From: Eledone cirrhosa | Lineage: Eukaryota | Length of the DNA stretch: 64,000 nt | Direction: 5' to 3' | Assembly: GCA_964016885.1 (NCBI GenBank) | Contig: OZ024745.1 | Location: 122,388,001 to 122,452,000, forward strand | Shown: positions 25,432 through 38,612 of the stretch, in pieces | Position numbering within the stretch: the first letter of the stretch is position 1 | Layout: the number at the start of each line of letters is the position of its first letter | The notes under the pieces: model-generated | Databases searched by the model: none | Told to the model about the DNA's origin: nothing | Seen by the model: only the letters and a program-made list of their open reading frames with translations | Translations under genes and position numbers: made by a program

Positions 25432-28400
25432 TTAAATACACAAGGAATTGTAAACAACTGATCCTTTTTTTTCTCTCCTTTGTGATAGTATATAAAAAAA
25501 TCCGTTGATTACAATTATTCAGAAGTTTAAATTTTAAAATAAGAGGCAGCATCTTTCATTAAAAATAAGGCAACAAAAGGGTTAAGTTGAATTTATGAAC
25601 AGTGTTGGCTACAATCTATAAATATATGATTCTTGTTAGACTGTTTTTAAAATAGTTAAAATTTAAACACAGAAAAATCAGGATTGCTATGGGAAGATGG
25701 GTACAAGAAAGCCAGTTTTTTTTCCTTATATAATCTAAATATATGTTGCTGTATTATCTGATTATATTATGTTGTATAATTATATTTTGTAGTTAAACTT
25801 ATATGTTTATATATTTTCAGATGTAACAGCTGTGGTATTAACTGATCTCATTGTCCTTATGCAAGAAAATAATCAAAAATATACATTCGCAATGCAAGAT
25901 AACAAGGTTTGTCTCTCTCTCTTTTGAGTATATTGCTTTTTTTTTTATATCTCTTTCTCATTTTCTATCTTTCTCTGGAAGAAATCTGCTGCCGTCAGGT
26001 CTGGAGAGTGATGGGTTCCACCAGGCTTAAAATGCCCAAGAAATCCTGTATGTCAATACGGCACCCCTACAACTCTATCAGGAGTTATGGGGCCATACCA
26101 TACCTTATATATAAATACATGCAATTTTAATCAAATTATATATATATATATCTGTAGGTAGCTAGTATCTTTTTTTAAGCCTCTGTAGGTAGCTAGTATC
26201 TTTTATTATAACAAAATAGCATCTTAATTAATGTAAACAAACACTTTGACTGTGAATTGTTGGTCTGTATGGTGAGATAATATGTTGAGGTATTTATTGA
26301 TAAAATTATTGATTTTGATAAGTCCCAATAAGGGACAACACAATTGTAAATCAATATTTAATGTGAAACTATTTGGTAATACTTTAATTATTTTTTAACA
26401 CAATAGGATTTTGTACACATGCTTGTTTGAAAAATCTTTCAAGAAAGTATGAAACATAGCCCTATGTACTGTTTAGTATATTAAATGACCGTATTTTTAT
26501 AGTTTTTTGTTTTTTTTTAAACAGTATTTAAATATATATATATAGTTATTTGATTCTTGTTTTAGGAAGCCTCTAAAATATCAACTTTTCATATTTCAGT
26601 CTTGTGTAATTCCATTATATGAACTGCTTGTTAGAGAAAAGGGAGATACAAAAGATTGCAAAGGAATTTATTTAATCTCAAAAAGACTAACAAAGCCTGA
26701 AATGTATGAATTGGTTTGTAAATCTACTGAAGACATGAAATCGTGGATAAATCATTTAAGTTATGCTGTGAACCATTGTCCTCAAGATGGTAAATATATA
26801 TTCCTAAATATAATTTTTCAATGTTATGTTATACGCACTCACACACACACACACACATATGTATTTACTTAATACATTAACAGAGAAAGCTTTTAGCAAT
26901 ACTCTGACCAACTCCATCTCACTCAACAAACATTAGGATATACCTGAGTATAATCCCAATTATACGTTTGGGGTGCTAACTATATAGTATTCCGTGGATA
27001 GTTGGTTGTATTATTTTATATGAGACATAATTAAATAAATCTCTTTCTTTCCATACGATCATTTCGTTATAAGATTTCTACAAGGTGGGAAAATAATGTC
27101 CAAGATATGTAGAAGCTTGTATATAATCCATAGATATCCATGCAAGAGGGCTCTTATAATTCATCAGTGGATGCTCAGGCAATATCAATATATTGATATT
27201 AATATCTAGCGATGGTCTCCATCAGTGCTAGAAGGACTGCTAAGTTTGAAAGTCCAGCAGTCCTTCAAAAAGAAATTTCACACTGTCCCCAAATGGGAAT
27301 ATATATATATATATATATATATTCATTTTATTAAGGCTAAATAGTGAGTCTTGTTACTCTGAAGTTTTGCCTGTTTATCACAGGTTCATTATTATCATCG
27401 TTATTTAACGTCCATTTTCCACACTAGCATGGGTGAGACGAGTTGTCTCGTGAGACAAGTCAGATCAGGTGACCATGCCTTGCTCATACAGAACTGTTTC
27501 TGGCTTGGTTTCTATGGCTGGATGCCCTTCTTAATGCCAACTATATTTACAGGGTGGACTGGGTGCTTTTTGTCATGTCACCAACATAACCACTTTACAG
27601 GGTGGACTGGGTGCTTTTTTGTTGCGTCACTATATATGTACATACATATATATGTATGACTGTTCCTCCACCTCCTCTTCACCAAGGTCAGTAGATCTTC
27701 AAAGTCGCTCACATGCTGGGTGATTCTTTTGTGAACTTCCCCGTTTGGGATATGCTGTGTGTAGCAGATTCCCAGGAGGAAGCTGACGTGGTATGGACAT
27801 GTAACTAGATCAGAAAGACTTGCAAGGGGAAGAGAAAGCGAGGCAGACAGGGGAAGTGGTGGACTGATAACATAGCTGAATGTCCCAACCCAAGTACTCA
27901 CCCATGACTCTCAAAGATGGAAGCAGTTGGTGCAACGTTCAACAGTGAAGTGTCCCAACGACCTTACAAAGGGTTAGGAGACCATGATGATGATATGTCG
28001 GTTACAACACCAATTTTCTGGCACCCTTAGATCTGTGCCAAGTTATGTTTTGCTAGACTATATAATAATAGAACATACTAGAAACATATTAGGGAGTTGG
28101 AAACACTCCCTTTACTTCACAATTATAATAAGATAATGGTGCAAATGTGTAAAATTATATTTAATGCTTCACAGTAGCTTTGTCACATGAATTATCTAGT
28201 CTGGCAGGTTGTGGCAAATTCAAATCTCAAACCTATAATTATATATGGATAAAAAGAGGTGTTGCACAATTTGTTGTTGGAACATTGGTGTCATACCTGT
28301 ATAAATATTTTACTTTGCACTGTGTGGTATCTTGGTCAAGTGTCTTCTACTATAACCTCAGCTTGACCAATGTTTTTTTAGTGAAATTTGGTACATGGAA

Positions 28401-30500
28401 AATGCAGCAACCCATTATATATGCAGATCTGACTGATCAGGCAGTCTGCTAATATGCAAATCAGGCCGATCAGTCACTGTATATTTTAGAAAATATATAT
28501 TTTCACTAGCTCTGACAGTTGGAAGGTAAACAGTATACTGTACTGATGAAGGGTAATCACCCAGAAACATTAGTGTTTGCCGTTCTGTTTACATGCCAAC
28601 ACAAGAGCAAGAATGATGGAGTCATTCTACTGACATGGCTTTAAAGAGACTTTTTGCACAATTGTAAACGAATCGAATATTATTATTAATATTTGAGAAA
28701 CTCGGATTACATTTACTGTATTCGGCCATGTAGAGAGATAAACTATTTCTTAGTTATATATATATTAACATGAAGAAGTCAACATTTTTATCGACTGAAA
28801 CCGGTATTTTTTTCTTATTTTCCTAATATATATCAACTCGTGTCTCACTTCTCAACATTCTCTCTCTCGCCCTTTTCTCTTTTGTTCCATAACTTAGTAT
28901 AAGATACTCTCGGGTCCCAAATAATAGAGGTGGTGGAAAATCATTAAGTTTTCTATGTTGGCCCTGGTGATTTTTTTTTTTAAAACCAGAATTAGTCGTT
29001 TAGTTTATATATTGAGACCTCAACCCATCCTATTCAAGATGCAAGTGTAGCTAAAATATGTACCAGAAAGAATATATACTGGAGTTGATGTCATCATCAT
29101 CATCATCACTGTTTTACATCCATTCTTCCACACTAGCATGGGTTCAACGAGTTGTCCTGTTGTGGGCAATACTAGGTCAGGTGACCATGTCTTGCTCATA
29201 CAGAACTGAAATCCTGAAACCAATAAAAGAATAAGGCAATAGTGGATAATTAGAATTAAGTGAATAACTGTCACAATAATTATTTTATTTCTCTTCTTAA
29301 TCATTTACAAAAAAGTATGTATCTAATTATTATTTATTTTTCCCAAGTTCCAGTGGAAGCTACACAATCATTTAAAAAGATAGAAGAACAGAAGATCATG
29401 GAAATCCGAACACGTCGAATGCGGCAAATATTTGGTAAATCTAAAGAACCTCCTTGTTCAGATTCTATCTTCTCTTTCAATCCATGTGTTTCTTTTACAG
29501 AAAAGATTTTTGAAATAACAAAAAAACTTTGTAACAGATTTCTGAAATTTGATGTATCATGAGTGGAAAAGTTAAGGAATGTAAACCAAATAAATGGGGT
29601 TATATCTATGTTTTTTTTTTTAAATTCTGAATAACTGTCTTTGTGTATATGTTTGTATTCATTGAGAAATGAAAGTTTTATTTTTCCTGTTACATTTGTG
29701 AAGGCAGTGGATTGGCAGTATCGGTAGAGCGTCAGAAACCATGCGTTGCAGCATTGAGTTATGGCCCTTTATATTCTGAGTTCACATTATATTATTGCAT
29801 TCTACATTTTATAATTTTACATTTAGGTTATATTATTTAAATTAGGACAATATGCTACATCCCTTTACTTTCTGAGTTCAAATCCCACCAAGGTTAGCTT
29901 TGCCTTTCATCCTTACGGGGCTGATAAAATAAAGCACCAGTAATACACTGAGGTTGATGTAATCAACTTTCCCTCCTCCAAAATTGTTGGCCTTGTACCT
30001 AAATTAGAAACCATAATTTAGATTAGGTGGATTGGCAGTATCAGTAGAACGTCAGACACCAAGATTTGCAGCACTGAGTTATGGCCTTTTATGGTCTGAG
30101 TTGAAATCCTGCCAAGGTTAGCTTTGCCTTTCATCATTACAGGGTCGATAAAATAAAGTACCAGTAATGCACTGGGGTAATTGCTGGCCTTGTGCCAAAA
30201 GTAGGAATATTTGTGAATATATTTGTTTCGATCTGACTGTGAAATTTAACTATCGCTAGTTTGATTTTACAGTCGCAATTTTGAATACTAATGTTGTTGA
30301 AGTACTAGTGGTGTTTTTAAATTTGTTAAACCTCTGTTACCTTGTTTAACACTGCCTCTTAGATCCCTTTAGTAGAATTCTTTCTGTTACAAGCATTCGA
30401 GCCTGGTCTTCAATGTGAGGATACCTTCTTCCTTATCTCTCACTTGCTAGTCTTACAAGCCCTGAAAAGGGTCTTAGATATTAACCTTTCTCTAAACAGT

Positions 30501-30567
<67 letters not shown>

Positions 30568-32353
30568 TGAAATACCGTTATAACGAAATTCGTTTGCAGG
30601 GTATAAAAAGAATTTCGTTATAACGAAAAATTCTTTATAACGAGATCGACCTAACACATCAAGCGTGTGGCCGGGGATTGAAAAGAATTTCGTTATGCTG
30701 AAAAATTCGTTATAATTTTATTCGTTATAACGGAATTTTACTTATATATATATAATTATTTTTAGTTTCGCCAACTTTTGGTATTGTTTCGAACTGGGGT
30801 AGATATTTGTATTCACAATTTCGAAAACTAGTGTTGAAGCAAAAGTGCTCTTTAAAGTAACCGATGCAAACATGGAAAAATGGTGCTAATGAGGATTAGC
30901 CATTTAATTTTAACTTTTTTAACAGATTTTGTTCACCTAACGAACTTCATCAGTAATTTTATGCCTTATATGTGTCAATAAAATAATAAAATATTTTTAT
31001 TTTAAACTAGTAAATTGTTTTAATCAGTTGCCATTCATTACTATAATTAAAAATTGAATATTATGTAGTTCACATTATTAACTACATTGGTATGCTTTAT
31101 ATATATATATATATATAGTTTCTCCTGAGTTTTACCTATGGCAACACTGTTCTTTTAAATATATTCTAGTGATTAAAATTTGTTTTGTTATGGAAATATT
31201 TTATTAAATGGTTTCTGTTCTGTTTCAAAATACTTCGCAGTCATCAACTCTGATTTTAAAACCAATCATTTCTCTCTCCTTGTTTATAAATATATCATAT
31301 ATATACACACACACACAGGGTACAGTATGGTCAACTAGCCAGACCCTCTTCATAACAGTGCCACCAAGCTCCACACTGTAATCATGGTTGGTGTTAGAAA
31401 GGGCATCTAGCAGCCATAAAAAGCCAGCCTAAACACAGCCCCACTATGTGCAAGGGTTGGTGCAGCCAACTGGCCAGACCTCCCTTATAATGAGACCACC
31501 CAGCTCCCACAATACGATTCCCCTGCGAGCAGGGTATGGCTCGGCCAACTGACCAGACACTCCTCATAATGGTGCCACCCAGCTCCACTCTGTAAACGTG
31601 GTTGGTGCTTGGAAGGGCACCTAGCAGCTGTAAAAACCCAGCCAACACACAGTCCCGATATGTGCAAGGTATGGCGCGGCCATCTGGTCAGACTTCTCAT
31701 AACAGGACCACCCAGTTCTACACTAAACATGGTTTGTGTTAGGAAGGACATGAATAGCCATAAAAACAAAACCAATACACAGTTCTGATGTGTGCCAGAT
31801 ACGGCATGGCGATCTGGTCAGACATGTCTCGTAACAGGACCACTCAGTTGCACACTGTAAATGTGGTTGGTGTTAGGAAGAGCATCCAGCTGTAAAAATC
31901 CCAGTCAAAATACAGTTCCGATTGAGTAAGGGATGTCGCAGCCAACTGGCCAGACTTGTCTCATAACGTGGGTGGCTCATCTTACCTTATGCAAGCATGG
32001 AAAAACAGACGTTAAATGATGATGATATATCCAGCAACATGTGTGTGCATTTTTTAAAACATTTTTATTTCCTTCCCTAACCTTCTCTACTCGTTCATGT
32101 ATCTGTTCTCTCCCTATCCAAACTTTCCTAAAGGACTTCTGTCCGAAACGTCTTCATTAAGACATCTCTCTAGGGAAAGGTCACCTCTGATATAAAACCT
32201 GTGACTTTGTTTGCATCCAATGATGTAGACCAGTTCTTCCTTTTGGGCAAATTCATTTGATGTTCAGAAAGTGGGATTGGCGCCATGCAAAGCCTTTACT
32301 CACTTACGGCACCCCTACAACTCTATCAGGTGTTAAAGGACCACACCACACTG

Positions 32354-32400
<47 letters not shown>

Positions 32401-33005
32401 GTTTGAATTTGTAAAGCCAAAACAATGCAGGTATGGACATAGAATAAAAAATGCAAATGCAAAAGATATTGTTGACAATTAGTCTTTTACCTTAGATTTA
32501 TTTAAATGTCCTTAATTTTCGAGATAATATCTCTTCTTCGGAGGGAAGTAAAGTGGTTTAACCAGTGTTTTAAATAGCTTACATGACTTGGCAAGCTCTT
32601 TAGAACACTGGTTTAACCACTTTACTTCCCTCCGAAGAAGAGATATTATCTCGAAAATTAAGGACATTTAAATAAATCTAAGGTAAAAGACTAATTGTCA
32701 ACAATATCTTTTGCATTTGCATTTTTTATTCTATGTCCATACCTGCATTGTTTTGGCTTTACAAATTCAAATGTTTATACCTCATTACACAATGCTTCAA
32801 GTGAACTATAACTTCCTCTATATATATATATATATGTGTGGGTATATATGTATATATATATATATATATATATGTGGGTATATATGTATATATATATGTA
32901 TATATATATGTGGGTATATATGTATATATATATATATGTGGGTATATATGTATATATATATATATATATGTGGGTATATATGTATATATATATATATATA
33001 TGTGG

Positions 33006-33050
<45 letters not shown>

Positions 33051-33051
33051 G

Positions 33052-33103
<52 letters not shown>

Positions 33104-33118
33104 ATATATATATATATA

Positions 33119-33209
<91 letters not shown>

Positions 33210-36200
33210 CCACATATATATATATATATATATTTATTAAAATAACAGATTAAAGTTTAAGGGTGAAAGCAGCGATTCTTTGCTTAAACTTTAATCTGTT
33301 ATTTTAATAAATATTTGCTCTAGGGTTCTTATATATTTGATATATATTTATCCCTATCGAGCCCTCTGGATTTTAGTCTTCACATTTATTATTATCACTA
33401 TATATATATATAATTAATTCCTGTGGTTTATATTTGTTTTGTTTTCAATCACCCATTGAATTCTTTTTGATCCTACAATATTTGGGAAATGAACTCTAAG
33501 AGAAAATGTATCTCTTTACAATGATTTTCAAAGAACCATTTCTATTTTGTGGGTAATGTTGCTATTAAGTGGATGTGTCAATATGAAGTCTACAGCTTTT
33601 GTCAGTATGCCTTTTATTGTTATGTTCATTTCCATAATTGTTCTGCATGATGTTGTTATATACTCACAAGTTAACATCTTTTTTATTTCAAATTGATAAT
33701 CTAATCTGACCAAAATATTGTGTATGTATATCTGTAAGTCTGATTTTATATGTTGAAAAGTTTTCATTTTGTACATTAACTCTTAAAATCCTCTAATGAT
33801 TTAACTGAAAATATCTAAAAACAGTTTTCTTCTTATAATGTTTATCGTATCTTTATAAGTGGACAAATTGCTGAAAACATTTGCTGTAAACTAAAGTAAA
33901 ATCTTTAACCCTCTGGCATTTAAACCGGCTGTACCCGGCCAGAATTCTCTCACCTCTTTCTGTTCAAACCGGCTGTAACCGGCTGCTTATAATTATGTTA
34001 CAGTATTGTTCTCAAAATTTCATTATGTGATATTATGTGAAGTAAAGCCTTTACCATGAAAATACAATTGTAAATATAGAGTAATGTAAATGCTAAAGGG
34101 TTAAATATTTAATGCAATGCAATCATAGTGCTGTTTTATACTTTTCAAGAATGCCTTGCTAATGTGGTTTCATGTAGCACGGGGCATTTTACATTGTGAA
34201 AGCTCTAGAGTATTTTAAGTCTAAATGTACAATACAATATTAACTTCTGACTATTAACATTCAAAATATTTATTTATATCAATAATTGTTTTATTTTATA
34301 TTTTTTTCTAGATAAAATGAAGGAGTTAGATCAGGAAATAATCAAATGTTGTGATGATAAAAAGTGTCTTCTAGTGGAATATGCTGAGTTATTATCTCAT
34401 GATGATGGAGCTCCCACTATTGTTAGTTCCACACCCAACACATCTACATTGTCATCAGCTTCTACTAATTTAGCTGAAGCTATGGTATGTATATTTTATC
34501 TTGGTTCAATACTATATATGCTTTACATATCCATATTTTACAGTCATCCCAGCGAGGTTCGGTGGCCTCAGCTTCCGATCTGCTTCAGATCTGGCACTGC
34601 TAGCCTACCTCTCCTCCAGTCGCACCCTCGTCAACAGGGTCCTCAGCAAAATGGCTGAACCCGACATGGCCCCAGAACTACAGCAGATTGTGGCCGACTG
34701 GACATGCAAAGACCTCCCTGTCCTCCAGTATACAAATATCCAACGTAACTGGGTTGACATTAAGTGCAGGTCTTATTTGAGGCAGATCAAGTCTGACTTG
34801 GACCAACACTGCTTCGCCTGCCTCCCATCTGCTTCATTCAATTCTGTGTCCTCCTCATCAATCCATATTGTATGCATAATAAGAGTTACGGCCCTTTATG
34901 GTCTGAGTTCAAATCCCGCCGAAGTTAACTTTGCCTTTCATCCTTACGGGGTCGATAAAATAAAGTACCAGTAATATACTGGGGTAATTGCTGGCCTTGT
35001 GCCAAATGCAGAAACAATTATATGCATAATGGATTATTGAATCTGCATCAGAATGAAATTTTATGTATAACTAGACATGTATATAATGTGAAATGAAGTT
35101 GGATGGCCCATATATATGTGTGTGTATGTATATATATGTATATGTGTGTGTATGTATATATATGTATATGTGTGTGTATATATATATATGTGGGTGTCTG
35201 TGATCTATAGACCCTGGTCATAGACACACACTCATATATATATACACAACACCACCACCAGCTCTCTCTCTCTCTCTTCCATTCTCCTTCTCTGTCTCCT
35301 CTCCCTCTCTCTATGTTTCTCTTTCTCTCTATCTCTCTCTGTTTATGAAGGTACCCGGAAAAACCCCATATCTCGGAAACCTGTGGTCCGATTTACGCGA
35401 AACGTGTTTTATTCCATTTGTATTCCCATTTCAGAGACAACTTCCTTTCAAAGTATTTTCCCATTATGCGCCCTTTTGGCTGTATTACATTACAGACAAG
35501 CAAGTAAGAAAGCAAGCAAGCACAGAATTTTAGTAGTAGATAGATAGATATAAAAACACTTTCTAATATAATTGTTAGAGCATTAGCCGTGTTGTTTGTA
35601 GTATCTTTTTTTTTCTTTTTCTTTTTCTTTTTCTTTTTCTTTTTCTTTTTCTTTTTCTTCTTCGCCCACTTATTCCTGAGAGGGTCCTGGGGGAAGAGTC
35701 CTCAGACACTTCCTCCAGTGGGTCCTGTCAAAAGCAAGTCTCCAGTTGAAATGGCTGGATCCCTAAGCGTGACCAGCCAAGCTCAGGGTCAACCCCTGGG
35801 TCTCCTACTTATTCTGGTTAAATGTTGTACCCTCTCTAACCAGTATTTGGCCAGCATAGACAGGTAGGCCTAAAACCAGAAACATTGCTGAGACTTCATC
35901 TTGCAGCGGATTAAAAACAGTTGGGTGCCAGTCGTCGAATACAGTTGCCATTTTATCCTTCAAAAAGATTTTTTTTTTACCTTTTTTTTCAATAACACTT
36001 GAGTATTTAAACAGGCTGTATCTGGTCGGAATTTTGTCACCCCTTTTCAAACCAGCCGTAACTGGTCGTTCATACTGATATTAAGGTATTGTTCTCAAAA
36101 TAAATGTCATCAAAATCCCGTAGATTCGATATTATGTGAAGTAAAGCCTTTACTGTGAAAATACAATAGTAAATATAAAGTATTGTAAATACTAAAGGGT

Positions 36201-38570
36201 TAATCCTATACAGATTTGTTTATATTTGTTCTTTATTTGATTCATTAGGAAAAACTTCCTTTGAGAGAAGAGGGAATAGAAAATGACTATCTTCAATATG
36301 CTTTGAAAGAAAGTAAGTACTTCTTGAAGTTTTCATTGCCTAATTCTAACTGTAACTGTCTTAAATCAACATTTAGAAATATTTGAAAAGTTATGAAATT
36401 GCCTAAATCGGGGATCTCCAAACTTTTTAGAAAGTCAATGCCTTCATGGAATCCTTAACCCTTCATTGATCCCTAAAATGGTCGATATAAGTAAATGAAT
36501 AAATCAGTAAACAGGATATGAAATTGACAAAAACTAATTATATATAAATATCAGGAACCTATATAAGCAACAGGTATTTTATGTTTTCATTTCTTATACA
36601 AATGTCAGATTTTGTTCCAAACATTGTCAACTCTGGTCAATGCTTGGTCAAAATTTTAGGACTTTAGATCTTCCTGGCAAGATGTAGTTTTGTTAAATAA
36701 TCTTAATAGTATGGCACATAAAACTGTTGTTAAGAAACTTGTCTTTTGATAAGAAGAAAAACCTAACTTTTAGGAATATGGAATATTGAGAGGGGTCCCT
36801 AGAATGGTCAACATTAACACCGAGAGTTCCGTGGGCCTGCCCATGGGGTCAATTGAACTTTGGGGACAAAATCTAATATTTGTATCTAAGTCTAAAGTCT
36901 GTCTAAAGCCAGAAGGCTCATTTGGCCGGTGCTTATCCTGGTTTCATGGCGTGAAGTGACTGAGAGTACAAGACTCCTTCCTGGACAGGACACCAGTCCA
37001 TCGCAGGTTTAAACCCCCAGCTATTGCTGGTACTCATTTTCAGCTGAGTATACTGGAGCAACATGAAATGAAGTGTTTTGCTCAAGAAGACAACACACAA
37101 CCCAGGAATGGAGGCACGTGGCCTAATGGTAAGGGTGTTGGACTTGCGAATATTTGTATAAGAAAGGAAAATACATAAAATAATACAATAAAATACAACT
37201 TGATTATTGATATATAATTAGTCATTATTATTTATTGGCAGTATCAGTAGAGGGTCGGACACCATGCTTTGACACATAGAGTTACGGCCCTTATCATTCT
37301 GAGTTCAAATCCTGCCGAGGTTAACTTTGCCTTTCATCCTTACGGGGTCGATAAAATAAAGTACCAGTAATGCACTGGGATAATTGCTGGCCTTGAGCCA
37401 AAAGTAGAAACAATTATTAATTGGCAGTATCGGTAGAGGGTCTGACGCCATGCTTTGCAGCACAGAGTTATGGACCTTTACAGTCTAAGATAAAATCCTG
37501 CCGAAGTTAACTTTGCCTTTCATCCTTACTGGATCGATAAAATAAAGTACCAGTAATGCACTGAGATAATTGCTTGCCTTGTGCCAAAAGTAGAAACAAT
37601 TATATATTTTATAGTCTGTTCCCTGATGTATCATCATCATCATCGTTTAACGTCTATCTTCCACGCTAGCATGGGTTTAGACGGGATTGTCTCATTTGAG
37701 GCAAGATTGGTTGTTTGTCTCACTCGTATGGGACTGTCTGGAGGGTTTTCTACGGCTGGATGCCCTTCCTAACACCAACCACGTTTACAGTGTGGACTGG
37801 GAGGTTTTTACCGTGTTACCTACACGGCCACATTACAGCGTGGACTGTATATATTTACTTATTTTTGTACATGTCTATGGTCAATGTAGTATCGAGAGTT
37901 TTATGCAGGGACAGATGGTCTAAAAGGGTTTAGGGATCTCTGAAGATATTTCATGCATTCCTCGGTTTCATTGACAAAATAAGACTGAACCTGTGAACTA
38001 AAATCTAACGTGCAACTTTTTTTACATCAGTCTTGGAGTTTTAGGTTTTCTGAACTGTCTTGAAAATGTTTGGATTATCATTCTAAATCCTTGAAAATAA
38101 TAATACATTTTGTACTAGTAGAATGGATTGGACTAATATACATACATATATATGTAAAACAATTAACCATTAGACTATGTATGTATACATAAGGGACAGA
38201 CAAGTACATCCCTGTCAGCATCTATCAAATGCAGTTTTGGTTATTGCATGTATGTGTGTGTGTTTATGTGAATATATATGTGTATTTAGTTTTTAGATAT
38301 ATTATAAAATAACACATATGTAAACAAATCTTATGGATTATTTGAAACTGGGGGAATGCCAAACAGAGAAAATAACGAACAATAGTTGATTTCTATAAAT
38401 AATAGTTTAGAAAATTAGGTAAGATACTCCTATAGATGGGAAAAAGTGACAAGTAGCTGCTACAAAGAAGTAATAATTAATTTCATTCTAGTAGAATCGA
38501 TTGGATGAATATACATACATACATATATATACATTTTATACTAGTAGAATTGATTGGACAAATATGTGTG

Positions 38571-38612
<42 letters not shown>

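Noticed and set aside
32711-33253. Six overlapping IY-repeat ORFs
   Set aside because: Artefacts of a (TA)n microsatellite
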